Source: Candidatus Methylomirabilota bacterium (GTDB taxonomy: Bacteria; Methylomirabilota; Methylomirabilia; Rokubacteriales; CSP1-6). Taken from it: a DNA stretch of 29,882 nt. Below are positions 16,836-26,280 of the stretch, in pieces (position 1 is the stretch's first letter; each line of letters begins with the position of its first letter). The stretch covers positions 1 to 29,882 of the forward strand of contig JBKPAK010000147.1 in NCBI GenBank assembly GCA_046726415.1. The letters run 5' to 3'. A program made the translations under genes and the position numbers. The notes under the pieces are model-generated. The model saw nothing but the letters and a program-made list of their open reading frames with translations. It did no database searches and was not told the DNA's origin.

Positions 16836-18749
16836 ATGGGCGAGGAGCCCTCGATAAAGCGCCGGCTCGCCGCCATTCTCGCCGCCGATATCGCCGGCTA
16901 CAGCCGGCTCATGCACGGGGACGAGGCCGCCACCGTGCGCGACCTCAAGGCCCATCAGAGCGTGATCCTGCCGCTGATCGGCCGGCACGGTGGGCGAATC
17001 ATCGATACCGCCGGCGACGGCATCCTGGCGGAGTTTCCCAGCGTCATCGGCGCCACCGAGTGCGCGGTCGAGATCCAGACCGTGATGACCGAGCGCAACG
17101 AGGGGGTGCCCGAGAGCCGCCGCATGCTGTTTCGCATCGGTATCAATCTGGGCGACGTGATCCACGACGAAACCCGGATCTACGGTGACGGCATCAACAT
17201 CGCGGCGCGGCTGGAAGCGCTCGCGGAGCCGGGCGGCGTGCTCGTTTCCAACCCCGTCTACGATCAGGTCCGCGGCAAGCTGCCCCTCACATTCGAGGAT
17301 CTGGGCGAGCGGCAGGTCAAGAACATCGAGCAGCCGGTGCGAATCTATCGGCTCCCCATTCCGGGAGCCTCCTCCGGGGCCGTGGCCACGCCAGTCAGGC
17401 GTCCCGCCATGACGGACCACCGACGTTGGACCGTGTGGGGCCTGGCGGCGGCGCTCCTGACTCTCCTCGGAGCGGGAGCAGCTTGGTGGATGGGTTCGCG
17501 CTTCCCTCCAGGCCAGCGAGCAGACAGCAGAGAGGCGCCGCGTCTCTCGATCGTCGTGCTGCCCTTTAGGAACCTCAGTGGCGATCCGAGCCAGGACTAC
17601 TTTGCCGATGGCATCACTGAAGACCTGACCAGTGACCTGTCGCGAATTGCTGGAAGCTTTGTCATTTCCAGGAACACCGCGTTCTCATTCAAGGGCAAGG
17701 CCGTTGATGTCCGGCAGATTGGCCGCGAGTTGGGTGTCCGGTATGTGCTCGAGGGGAGCGTACGCCGGATGGGAGGCACTGTCCGCGTCAACGCGCAGCT
17801 CATCGACGCGGGCACCGGCGCACATCTGTGGTCCGAACAGATGGATGTTGATCAACGCACGGTGGGGACCTCCCAGGACAACTTCGGCATCGCGAATGGC
17901 CTTGCCCGGATGCTCAGTGTCGAGCTCGTCAACGTCGAAGGGCGCCGGGCGCCGCGCGCCAACTCGGATGCGGTGGACCTCACCATGCGTGGCTGGTCCG
18001 TCTTGAATGGAGGGCCGACGAACAAGGACGACGTGCAGAGATCCGTCGCGTTGTTCGAGGATGCTCTTCGAATCGATCCTGTTAATGGTCAGGCCCGAGT
18101 CGGGCTCGCCCAGGCCCTCACGCTCATCTACCGCAACCGTTGGGATCCCGAACCGGCCCAGGTGCTAGCCCGTGCGGACGAAGCAGCCACTCGGGCCATT
18201 TCCACCGCGCCCAACTACGCCCTTGCCCATTCCGTGAAGGCCGAGGTTCTTGGGTTGTCCAATCGCTTCGATGCTGCGCTTGCCACGTACGATCGAGCCA
18301 TCGTCCTGGATCGCAACCAGGCGGTTGCCTACGTTGGGCGGGCGAGAAACTTGATCGTGATTGGTCGCGCCGCGGAGGCGTTGGCGCCCGTCGAGAAAGC
18401 GATACGTCTGAGTCCGCGCGATCCTGAGTTGTATGTCTGGTACTTCGTCCTCTGCCACGCACACACGCATTTGGCCCGCGACACCTCGGCAATAGAATGG
18501 TGCAACAAGTCGATTGCGACCGGTAAGACGTTCTGGTTCGCCTACGTCGATCTCGCCTCTGCGTACGCGTGGCGCGGGCAGAAGGCCGAGGCGGCGGCCG
18601 CGATGGCGGAACTCCTGAAGCTGAGACCTGGGTACACGGTGCAAAGATTGGAGCAGGAAGGATCAGGAGTCTCCGACAACCCAGCGTTCCGCAGGGAATA
18701 CCAGCGGATTGTCGCGGGAGCACGTAAGGCCGGGCTGCCAGAACACTAA
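16836..18749 (+). CDS. Class III nucleotide cyclase - TM - TolB-like - TPR protein
   Basis: RRLAAILAADIAGYSRLM, TAGDG, RIGINLGD, GDGINIAARLE; one TM helix; SIVVLPFRNLSGDPSQDYFADGITEDL; TPRs; RKAGLPE end. Confidence 0.95.
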   Translation: MGEEPSIKRRLAAILAADIAGYSRLMHGDEAATVRDLKAHQSVILPLIGRHGGRIIDTAGDGILAEFPSVIGATECAVEIQTVMTERNEGVPESRRMLFRIGINLGDVIHDETRIYGDGINIAARLEALAEPGGVLVSNPVYDQVRGKLPLTFEDLGERQVKNIEQPVRIYRLPIPGASSGAVATPVRRPAMTDHRRWTVWGLAAALLTLLGAGAAWWMGSRFPPGQRADSREAPRLSIVVLPFRNLSGDPSQDYFADGITEDLTSDLSRIAGSFVISRNTAFSFKGKAVDVRQIGRELGVRYVLEGSVRRMGGTVRVNAQLIDAGTGAHLWSEQMDVDQRTVGTSQDNFGIANGLARMLSVELVNVEGRRAPRANSDAVDLTMRGWSVLNGGPTNKDDVQRSVALFEDALRIDPVNGQARVGLAQALTLIYRNRWDPEPAQVLARADEAATRAISTAPNYALAHSVKAEVLGLSNRFDAALATYDRAIVLDRNQAVAYVGRARNLIVIGRAAEALAPVEKAIRLSPRDPELYVWYFVLCHAHTHLARDTSAIEWCNKSIATGKTFWFAYVDLASAYAWRGQKAEAAAAMAELLKLRPGYTVQRLEQEGSGVSDNPAFRREYQRIVAGARKAGLPEH

Positions 18750-18755
18750 CGCGAA

Positions 18756-19046
18756 TCCGAAATGGTCATGAGGTTATGACGGCAGCCGACGGCGCTGCCG
18801 CGCGGCAAGCCTGTCATAGGTTTCTGCCCGACCTCGTCATCACCGATCTGGAACTTCCCAAGTTACACGGTCTAGCTCTCATCGCGCGCCTTCACGAGGT
18901 AGGGGCGGATGTGGGCATCATTGCCATGTCGGGCAGCGACCGCGCGTTTGAAGGCCGCAAGGGCACTCGGCGTCTCTGTCGTGCTCCACAAGCCGATCGC
19001 GATGACCGATTTCGTGGCGGCAGTCCGTTCGACGCTGCCGGCGTAG
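18756..19046 (+). pseudogene. Response-regulator receiver domain, 5'-truncated and frameshifted
   Basis: GHEVMTAADG...PDLVITDLELPKLHG...IIAMSG, then a shifted frame AARALGVSVVLHKPIAMTDFVAAVR-stop. Confidence 0.85.
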
Positions 19047-19218
19047 GCTGGCCGCTCGCCGTTCGTCCAAAGCGAGGCAAGCTCCAGGCGCGCGCACACA
19101 CTGGAGACGCCTGGCCGATCGTTCGGGGGAGCGAAAGTCATCACGAGGTCGGCGGCAGCGACCTCAGGCCGCCCGACGGCGGCCCGAGGTACCGGGGTCC
19201 TGCCGCGGAATGCGGTCC

Positions 19219-19413
19219 TCAAACGTTCCATCCGCCAATCTGCTCCTTGGCACGGCCGATAGCGCTTTCCGTCGTGGCCTGCACGTTGGCCAGACCGCGC
19301 GCGACCGTATCCCGGGCTTGAGTGGGCTTGTCCTGCGCGAGTTGGCGCATACGGTCACCCCAAAACCACACAAGCGCCCCTCCCGCTATCGCTCCGGCCA
19401 CAAATCCGATCAC
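19219..19413 (-). CDS. Small YtxH-like membrane-anchored protein (3' end possibly frameshifted)
   Basis: GGGAGGG RBS; MIGFVAGAIAGGALVWFWG followed by an amphipathic helix. Confidence 0.6.
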   Translation of the reverse strand: MIGFVAGAIAGGALVWFWGDRMRQLAQDKPTQARDTVARGLANVQATTESAIGRAKEQIGGWNV

Positions 19414-19774
19414 GATGTACCCTCCCCGCTGGCGCTTCTCGTTATCTGAACGCGTTGAACAGCACCCACAGGCGTATCAGCGTCCCAAAGAACTCTAAGG
19501 CGCCAAGCGGTCGTGTACTTTCACCGGCGTCCCTCCCGATCGGACGGTGACGCGCCCCCCGCTTCGCTGAGTGCGTCGAACGAGACAATCAGGTCTCGAC
19601 GCGCAGCTGGCGCACACGCCTGCACAGCGACCGGAGCGCGTCCTGAAGACTCGACGGCAGGATGACGCATCGCGCTTCGGCGCGGGAAGGCCTCGATAAC
19701 CCTCGTCAGACATCAATGGGCTTGCTCGATCACGAGCGACCGCGTACAACACTCTTGCTTGGGGCGGCTCTCCC

Positions 19775-19828
19775 ACTGGCCGGTTTTGCCCCGTCTACGA
19801 CTGGCCGGTTTTCAGGGGTTCACCGAGG
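19775..19828 (+). mobile_element. IS21-family-like terminal repeat region
   Basis: ACTGGCCGGTTTT twice at a 25-bp period, ending CACCGAGG. A possible IstB tail (RSWRTRLHSD) lies at 19602-19646. Confidence 0.65.
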
Positions 19829-19881
19829 CCATGTGCGGCCGGAAGATGATGACGCTAGGCCGTGTGCGCCCGGGCCCAGAG

Positions 19882-19953
19882 CTAGCGAAGGCCCAGATAG
19901 CTAAGAATCGCGATCACGACCACGACCACGCCGATGATGTAAAAGATGTTCAT
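19882..19953 (-). CDS. 23-aa single-TM small protein (not in the ORF track)
   Basis: MNIFYIIGVVVVVIAILSYLGLR-stop; GGAGG RBS; sigma54-like box upstream. Confidence 0.75.
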   Translation of the reverse strand: MNIFYIIGVVVVVIAILSYLGLR

Positions 19954-20004
19954 GCCGCCTCCGTCCTCTTGGGGTGGTGAGCTGCCTCTAACTATTCCTC
20001 GTAC

Positions 20005-20019
20005 GCACGCCGGATGCCT
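20005..20019 (-). promoter_or_regulatory. Sigma54-like -24/-12 promoter
   Basis: AGGCATCCGGCGTGC (GG-N10-GC), about 50 nt upstream of the small protein. Confidence 0.5.
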
Positions 20020-20789
20020 TGCGTTCAAATATCGGCGACGGCGAGGGGTGACGTCGATTACTCCTCGGTCGCGCCTGCCTGGCGGAACGTTCAGTCATCC
20101 GGCCGGCGACAGCCACATGACCGCCGCCGTCGAAGCACGAGGGCCTCGCCCAGCACCCGCGCCCGACTGCGCCCTCCTACTACACCGAAGTGCAACCTAA
20201 ATGCCGCCCAGAGTTCCTCACGGTCCGGCTTTCCGCGCCTCACGCGCGCCGGGCGATTGCTGATCCCGTGCCGTTGTGGGCTTTCCGGCATGAGCCGGCA
20301 TGTACCGGTGAGAAATGCGCCCACCACGGTGGCGGCGCCGACGATCTCCAGGGGCACGCTGAGCTGACCCGGTTCTACAAAGTCCATCCGCCGGCCCATC
20401 GCACCCGAGTGGCTCCAGGTGTCGTTTGCATCGATCGGAGAGGTCGCGGGCCTTACGGGTTCGAGGATCAGCACAGACAGGCGTGCGCGCGGTAGGCGCC
20501 CCCTAATTATCTCGCACGCGCTTTGAAGTGGCCTCCGAGAAGGCGGACAGCAGCGACCAAAAGCTCGATGCCCTGATCAGTAAAGGAGTACTCCCAGAAA
20601 CCACGGCGCGACCGCCCACGTGGCTGTCGACTTGCGGGCGGCGACGGCCCGCCGGTGAGTGGAAATGGCTGTATTCCTAACGCGACGCACCAGCCCCGGG
20701 TCGTCGAGGATGACCCCACGCGAAGCGCGAGACCAAGCGAGCGGCGGCACGCGGGGTTAGCATCCGGCCTCGGCGTCACCGCGCGGCCG

Positions 20790-20878
20790 CACCGCCTGGA
20801 CGCCGGCAATGTCGCGCTCGACGACCTCGTCCTCGACGGCGAAGATGTCGCTGAGCAGCCGATCGTAGCGCTCGCCCC
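20790..20878 (-). pseudogene. TolB-like (cyclase-associated) domain scrap
   Basis: GERYDRLLSDIFAVEDEVV resembles WAERYDRxLxDIFAVQDEV. Confidence 0.7.
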
Positions 20879-20879
20879 T

Positions 20880-20977
20880 GATTCGAACTCAATCTTCAAG
20901 CCAAGCATACGGACGTACCAGTCGCGGGAGCGAGCCAGGTTCGCAATCGGGGTTCTGAGATGGTCGAACTTGATCAT
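20880..20977 (-). pseudogene. VOC family N-terminal fragment
   Basis: MIKFDHLRTPIANLARSRDWYVRMLGLKIEFE, then an abrupt switch to the TolB-like scrap. Confidence 0.75.
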
Positions 20978-21280
20978 GGCTCATGTTTCCTGCCAACTCC
21001 GCGAGGGCGCGCTATGATCGCCTTGCCACAAATGGTGGCCGAACCTGCGTGGAAGTGTACCAGGGAGGCCTACAAGGCTAGGCGATGGCCGTTTCGCTCC
21101 CGGTGAGCAGCTTGGCGACAGAGCGATCGCCCAGCAACCACCCCGGAGTGAGGGCGATCGCCCAGTCCCCCCGCTCGAGGTGAGCGACCAGGTCGCCGGC
21201 CCGACTCAGGTGGCGCAGGTGGCAGCAATGGGGCTGACCGGGAGGAACAGCGTGCCGCGTTCAGTGACCGGGCTCTCCTG

Positions 21281-22516
21281 ATGTCGGACGGTCGGCCGCC
21301 GGTTGGGCCTGTGCTATACGATCCGCGCCGCGCTGAGGTCCTCGCAGATCCCTATCCCGCCTTCCGCCGGCTTCGGATCGAGGACCCCGTCCACTGGAGC
21401 GAGATCCTCGGCGGGTGGGTACTCACCCGCTATGAGGATGTGAAGGCCGGCCTGTACGACCCGCGTCTCTCGTCCGACCGCATCACGCCGTTCCTCGAGC
21501 ACCACGGTCGAGGGCGGCCGGAGGTCCATGAACTGGGGCAGCTCGTCGGCCGCTGGGTCGTGTTTACCGACCCGCCCACCCACACCCGGCTGCGCCAGCT
21601 CATGAACACGGCGTTCACCTCGCGGGCCGTGGAACGTCTCCGACCTAAGATCCAAGAGGTGATCGACGACCTGCTCGGGCGGATCGAGGAGCACGGACGG
21701 ATGGACGCGATCCGCGACTTCGCTTATCCGCTGCCCGTGATTGTGATCGCAGGGATGCTGGGCGTTCCCGTGCACGACCGCGACCGTCTCAAAGCCTGGT
21801 CCGATGAGCTGGCGCTGTTCGTGGGCAGCTCCCTGAACGCGAGCGACAAGTACGAGCGGGCCCGGCGGGGCGTCGCGGAGATGACCGACTACTTCCGGGA
21901 CCTCGTGACCGCGCGGCGCCGGCAGCCGAGGGACGATCTGATCAGCAGCCTGGGCGCAGCCGAGGAACGCGGCGCAGTGCTCAGTGAGGACGAGATGGTG
22001 GCGACTTGCGTGTTGCTCCTGTTCGCCGGCCACGAGACGACGACGAACCTGATCGGCAACGGCCTGCTCGCTCTACTCGGCTATCCCGATCAGCTCCGGG
22101 CACTGCGGCACGATCCCGGACTGGCGCCGTCAGCCGTGGAGGAGCTGTTGCGGTACGAGGGGCCCACCCAGGCCCAGACCCGTGTAGCCCGGGAGGACAT
22201 CGAGCTGAACGGCCGGAACATCAGGCAGGGCGATCGCGTCTTCCTGATGCTGAGCGCCGCCAACCGGGATCCGGCTCGCTTCCCCGAGCCCGACCGCCTC
22301 GATCTGCGCCGGCCCGACAACCATCACGTGGCCTTCGGCCACGGCATCCACTTCTGCATCGGCGCCCCCCTCGCGCGGCTCGAGGGACAGATCGCCCTCA
22401 CCACCATTGTCCGTCGTCTGACCGATCTCACGCTCTTGACCGATACGCCCGAGTGGCTGGACTCGCTAGTCTTCCGGGGTGTTCGATCGCTACCCGTTGG
22501 CTTCGGGTCCTTGTAG
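21281..22516 (+). CDS. Cytochrome P450
   Basis: DPPTHTRLR, AGHETT, EELLR, AANRDP, FGHGIHFCIG. Confidence 0.97.
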   Translation: MSDGRPPVGPVLYDPRRAEVLADPYPAFRRLRIEDPVHWSEILGGWVLTRYEDVKAGLYDPRLSSDRITPFLEHHGRGRPEVHELGQLVGRWVVFTDPPTHTRLRQLMNTAFTSRAVERLRPKIQEVIDDLLGRIEEHGRMDAIRDFAYPLPVIVIAGMLGVPVHDRDRLKAWSDELALFVGSSLNASDKYERARRGVAEMTDYFRDLVTARRRQPRDDLISSLGAAEERGAVLSEDEMVATCVLLLFAGHETTTNLIGNGLLALLGYPDQLRALRHDPGLAPSAVEELLRYEGPTQAQTRVAREDIELNGRNIRQGDRVFLMLSAANRDPARFPEPDRLDLRRPDNHHVAFGHGIHFCIGAPLARLEGQIALTTIVRRLTDLTLLTDTPEWLDSLVFRGVRSLPVGFGSL

Positions 22517-22827
22517 AGCCGCGTCGATCACCGCCCGTGCTGGGGTGAGCGGGTGACGGCTGCCGGCGTGAGCACGCGCGTGCGGAACTAGCCCCGGACG
22601 TAGCCCAACACTCACCACAGGAGGACACCAGGTCGGGTGCACCCGGCCGACCGCCGTCGCTCGCGGTTGCGCACTGGCCCGGTCCCGCGTGAGCGCGGGC
22701 CGCCGGCCGGCTCTGAGACGTTGACGGCGAGCGAGCGCTGCCTCTAAATACTGGCGAGCCGGGGTGACCACCCGTGAGGGCACTATGCCGGTGGCTCCGG
22801 GACATCGTCGCGGAAGGAGAGTGAGGA

Positions 22828-23757
22828 GTGGCCACCAACGTCGATCTGGCGATCGCCCTGCCACAGGCCTTCGTGCGCGAGCCCATCCCCGTCCCCAAGA
22901 TCCGGACGTTCCTCGGCCGCGTCGACGGCCTCGGATACCACGGCGTGTGGGTGGTGGAGCAGATTCTCGGCCGCATGCCCTCGCTGGACCCAATCGAGCT
23001 TCTCACCTACGCCGCCGCCTTGACTGAGCGCGTACGTCTCGGCGCTGCCGTCCTCTTGACTCCGCTCCGCAGCCCGGTGCACCTCGCCAAGAGCCTCTCG
23101 ACGCTCGACCAGCTGAGCGGCGGCCGCGTGATCGCGGGCGTAGGCCTGGGTGGCGACTTCGGCCAGTATCCGGCGTTCGGGATCTCACCGGAGCGGCGGG
23201 TCGCCCGTTTCAAAGAGTCCATCACGGTCATGCGCCGGCTGTGGACCGAGCCTCGCGTGACGTTCGACGGGGAGTTCTGGAAGCTGAAGGACGCGACGAT
23301 GGAGCCCAAGCCACGGCAACGTCCCCATCCACCGATCTGGTTCGGCGCGCGTCATCCGGCCGCCCTGCGTCGCGCCGTCCAGCTCGGAGACGGGTTCGTG
23401 GGGGCTGGATCGGCGTCGACCGCCCAGTTCGTCGACGAGGTCCGTCAGCTCAGGACGATCTTGAAGGAGGAGGGCCGTGACGCGGCCACTTTCCGGATTG
23501 GCAAGCGCGTGTACCTCGCCCTCGACCGTGACCGCGCCCGCGCGGGCAAGCGGCTCGGGGAGTGGTTCGGCGCGTTCTATGGCCGGCCGGAGCTCGCGGA
23601 ACAAGTGTGCGTGTGGGGGGACCTGGACGAATGCGTGGCCGGGCTGACGGCCGTCGTCGACGCGGGCGCCCGCTTCCTGGTCCTAAACCCGGTCTTCGAC
23701 GAGCTCGAGCACCTCGAGCGGCTCGCGGCCGACGTCGGACCACGGCTCCAGGGATAG
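22828..23757 (+). CDS. LLM-class flavin-dependent oxidoreductase
   Basis: LDPIELLTYAAALTERVRLG, LAKSLSTLDQLSGGRVIAGVG, PKPRQRPHPPIWFG. Confidence 0.93.
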   Translation: MATNVDLAIALPQAFVREPIPVPKIRTFLGRVDGLGYHGVWVVEQILGRMPSLDPIELLTYAAALTERVRLGAAVLLTPLRSPVHLAKSLSTLDQLSGGRVIAGVGLGGDFGQYPAFGISPERRVARFKESITVMRRLWTEPRVTFDGEFWKLKDATMEPKPRQRPHPPIWFGARHPAALRRAVQLGDGFVGAGSASTAQFVDEVRQLRTILKEEGRDAATFRIGKRVYLALDRDRARAGKRLGEWFGAFYGRPELAEQVCVWGDLDECVAGLTAVVDAGARFLVLNPVFDELEHLERLAADVGPRLQG

Positions 23758-23774
23758 AAGGTCGGAAGCGCCAC

Positions 23775-24230
23775 ATGACCACCGAGACGGCGCTCGGTGG
23801 GCTCGTCGGAAGACTCGCCCAGGCCGATCCCGATGGGCGAGCCCTCACGTGCGGCCAGGACACGGTCTCGAGGGCAGAGCGAAGCGGCTCGCCCGCGCGT
23901 ACCGCAACCTCGGCGTGAGGCAGGACTCGTTCGCAACCATCAGACTGCCAAACGGCATCGAGTTTTCGAGGCCGTGATCGCCGTCCGGAAGCTGGGCGCG
24001 ACCCGCAGCCGATCTCGTCCCGGCTGCCCCCCGGCCGAGCGCCGCGCAATCATCGACCTCGCGAACCCTTCGCTGACCGTCGGCGTCGAGCCGTCCGACC
24101 ACGACGGGCCGGACGACGATCCCGGTCGGCTTCGAGCCGAACACGTCGCTGTCGTCGGAGCCGTTGCCACCCGTGGTCGCCGCGTCATTCAAGGCGCCGA
24201 CATCCGGCGGGAACGCGAGTACTGGACCAG
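23775..24230 (+). pseudogene. AMP-binding acyl-CoA ligase (bile acid-CoA ligase-like), N-terminal part with several frameshifts
   Basis: Stitched: MTTE...LAQADPDGRALTCGQDTVSRAE / RLARAYRNLGV...LPNGIEF / EAVIAVRKLGAT / AERRAIIDLANP / FKAPTSGG (degenerate AMP-binding loop). Confidence 0.85.
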
Positions 24231-24814
24231 ACTCTCTGGTTACCACCGGGTGGGATGCCCGCTAGTCAGCCGCCAGATCCGAACCCTCGTCGTTCGATTG
24301 TCTTCGGTAAATAGCTCTGGGACGCGCCCCGAATCGATGGGGAACTGAAGGAGTTAGGGATTGAGGTGGCCGAGCGTAGGGTCTCCCGGCGACTGATCTC
24401 CTTGAGTGCACAGCGAGTGATGCGGGGGAGCGACGAACGCATGTCCCACGCCGATCCTCACCGACCGTCCGGTTGACGGGCCGAGAGGAGGAGACGTGCG
24501 CGGAGGAGTGAGGGGCCGGGAGGCCGGCGGCCTGAGGCGCCACGCCAGGTCCATCAACACCTCCGCGCCGCGGCGCCAAGGATTTCCGTCACGATCGCTT
24601 CGATGTCTTCCCATCGCGGATGGCACGGCGGCGAGTCTCTCGGCCAGGTCACGCAGCAGCGCAAGCGTGAGCATGTAGTCCGCCCGGATGGTGTCGTCGG
24701 CCGACTGGGGACCGCCTTACGCCAGCGCGCCTGGATGCCGGATCCCGTGCGCGCACTCCACGGTCATCCCCGCTGGGCGCGAAGGCCAATCCGCGCAACG
24801 CCGGGACGCGAGGC

Positions 24815-25984
24815 CTACCCGATGCTTTCTGACACCGTCGAGGAGCTCGTCCGCGGCGCCTCAGGCCGCCGGCCTCCCGGTCCTTCCCCGGTCCACGGAA
24901 TGATCGAGATCTCCCCCGACCGTTCGAGCACCGCGTACTTGATCTGCTCCATCCGCTCGAGGCCCTGCAGGCGGCGGGCGGCGCTCAAGACGTCGCTCTC
25001 GTTGATCCTGGCTCTCCTTAGGCGCTCGCGAAGCGGGCGGCCGTCAGACACCACGATCAGCGGGGCGTCCTCCATCGATCTTTCACGCGGCATTCCCTGG
25101 GCCCCTCGCGCCTCTGGCGTGACCGGGACGGCGCTCTCCTCGACCACGACCGGCTTCAGGAGCCTGCGCGAGTAGACCTTGGTGAATTCTGCACCGAAGA
25201 ACAGAATCTGGGCCGAGTAATAGATCCAGATGAGGATGACGAGGAGCGAGCCGGCGGCGCCGTACGTCGAGGCGGCCGCGCTCCGTCCGAGATAGAGGCC
25301 GATCAGCGACTTGCCGATCGAGAACAGCAGCGCGGTGACGCTCGCGCCCACCCAGACGTTGCTCCACGCGAGCTTCACATCGGGCAAGAACTTGAAGATC
25401 ATCGCGAATAGGAGCGTGATAACGGCCCACGAGAAGACCACGTTGGCCCCCTCCATCAGATGGACCGGAATGGGTAACACCTCGCCGAAGAAGGTCCCGA
25501 GCGCGGCGAGCCACGTGCTCACGGCGAGGGAGACGAGCAGCAGGAAGCCGATCCCCACCACCATCGCGAAGGACCAGAACCGCTGCTGGACAACATCGAT
25601 GACGCCACGCCCCGGTTTCGGAGCCACGCCCCAGATGGTGTTCAGGGCATCCTGCAGCTCACCGAAGACGCCCCACAGCCCGAACAGCAGCGTCACGATC
25701 CCGAGGCCCGTCGTGATCAGGCCGCCCTCAGTCCTGGTGTTCTCGATGGCGGCCTGAATCGCCTCCGCCGCCCGGCGTCCAACCAGATCCTCTATCTGCC
25801 GGACGATCTGGCTTTCCGCGGCCTCCCCCCCGAGGAGGAGTCCCACGAGCGCGATCACCAGGATGAGGGCCGGAGCGAGGGCGAACACGGTGTAATAGGC
25901 CAGCGCCGCCCCCAGCCGCGGCGCCCGATCCTCGTACCACTCGAAGAATGTCTCGACGACCAACGACGATGCGCGATGAAGCAT
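24815..25984 (-). CDS. YihY/BrkB family membrane protein fused to a DUF421 (YetF) C-terminal domain
   Basis: APRLGAALAYYTVFALAP, ELQDALNTIW, YGAAGSLLVILIWIYYSAQILFFGAEFT; then PLIVVSDGRPLRERLRRARINESDVLSAAR..QGLERMEQIKYAVLERSGEISIIP. Confidence 0.9.
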   Translation of the reverse strand: MLHRASSLVVETFFEWYEDRAPRLGAALAYYTVFALAPALILVIALVGLLLGGEAAESQIVRQIEDLVGRRAAEAIQAAIENTRTEGGLITTGLGIVTLLFGLWGVFGELQDALNTIWGVAPKPGRGVIDVVQQRFWSFAMVVGIGFLLLVSLAVSTWLAALGTFFGEVLPIPVHLMEGANVVFSWAVITLLFAMIFKFLPDVKLAWSNVWVGASVTALLFSIGKSLIGLYLGRSAAASTYGAAGSLLVILIWIYYSAQILFFGAEFTKVYSRRLLKPVVVEESAVPVTPEARGAQGMPRERSMEDAPLIVVSDGRPLRERLRRARINESDVLSAARRLQGLERMEQIKYAVLERSGEISIIPWTGEGPGGRRPEAPRTSSSTVSESIG

Positions 25985-26142
25985 CACGAGCACCTTCTGA
26001 CCGCCAATGATTGTTATGAGAGCGCGGCTCCGTGGTCGCGAGTCCGGCGGCGGCGGAGAGAACTTGGTAGCCTCTCCGCCCGCGCCTATCGAATTCTCCG
26101 GCGGACAATCCCACCGGTTGCCCCTAGTGGATTTTTCAGACT

Positions 26143-26157
26143 GCAAACGGAAGGCCA
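26143..26157 (-). promoter_or_regulatory. Sigma54 -24/-12 promoter upstream of the YihY gene
   Basis: TGGCCTTCCGTTTGC(A) fits TGGC-N7-TTGCW. A GGCGGAGAG/CTCTCCGCC hairpin lies in the leader at 26052-26080. Confidence 0.6.
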
Positions 26158-26280
26158 ACGGATCCGGGCGTGCGACGAAAGGACGCCAACCCTGCTGAGC
26201 CGTGCGCGGATCGGGCAAGGTCTGGGGCCGGCTTTCTTGGTATGGTGGGGTCGAGCGCATCCACCGTTTCGGTGTGGCCG

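Noticed and set aside
4555..18749. Cyclases plus patatin or MBL as a Pycsar/CBASS-like defence system
   Set aside because: The genes are not operonic, patatin and MBL carry export signals, and no cNMP-binding effector or CD-NTase is seen.
20091..20600. ORF 20091-20474 and the tail of ORF 20507-20977
   Set aside because: Possibly more gene scraps, but I cannot recognise any family.
24354..24780. ORF 24354-24674 (MLTLALLRDLAERL...)
   Set aside because: An in-frame stop lies just upstream and there is no recognisable motif; left uncalled.
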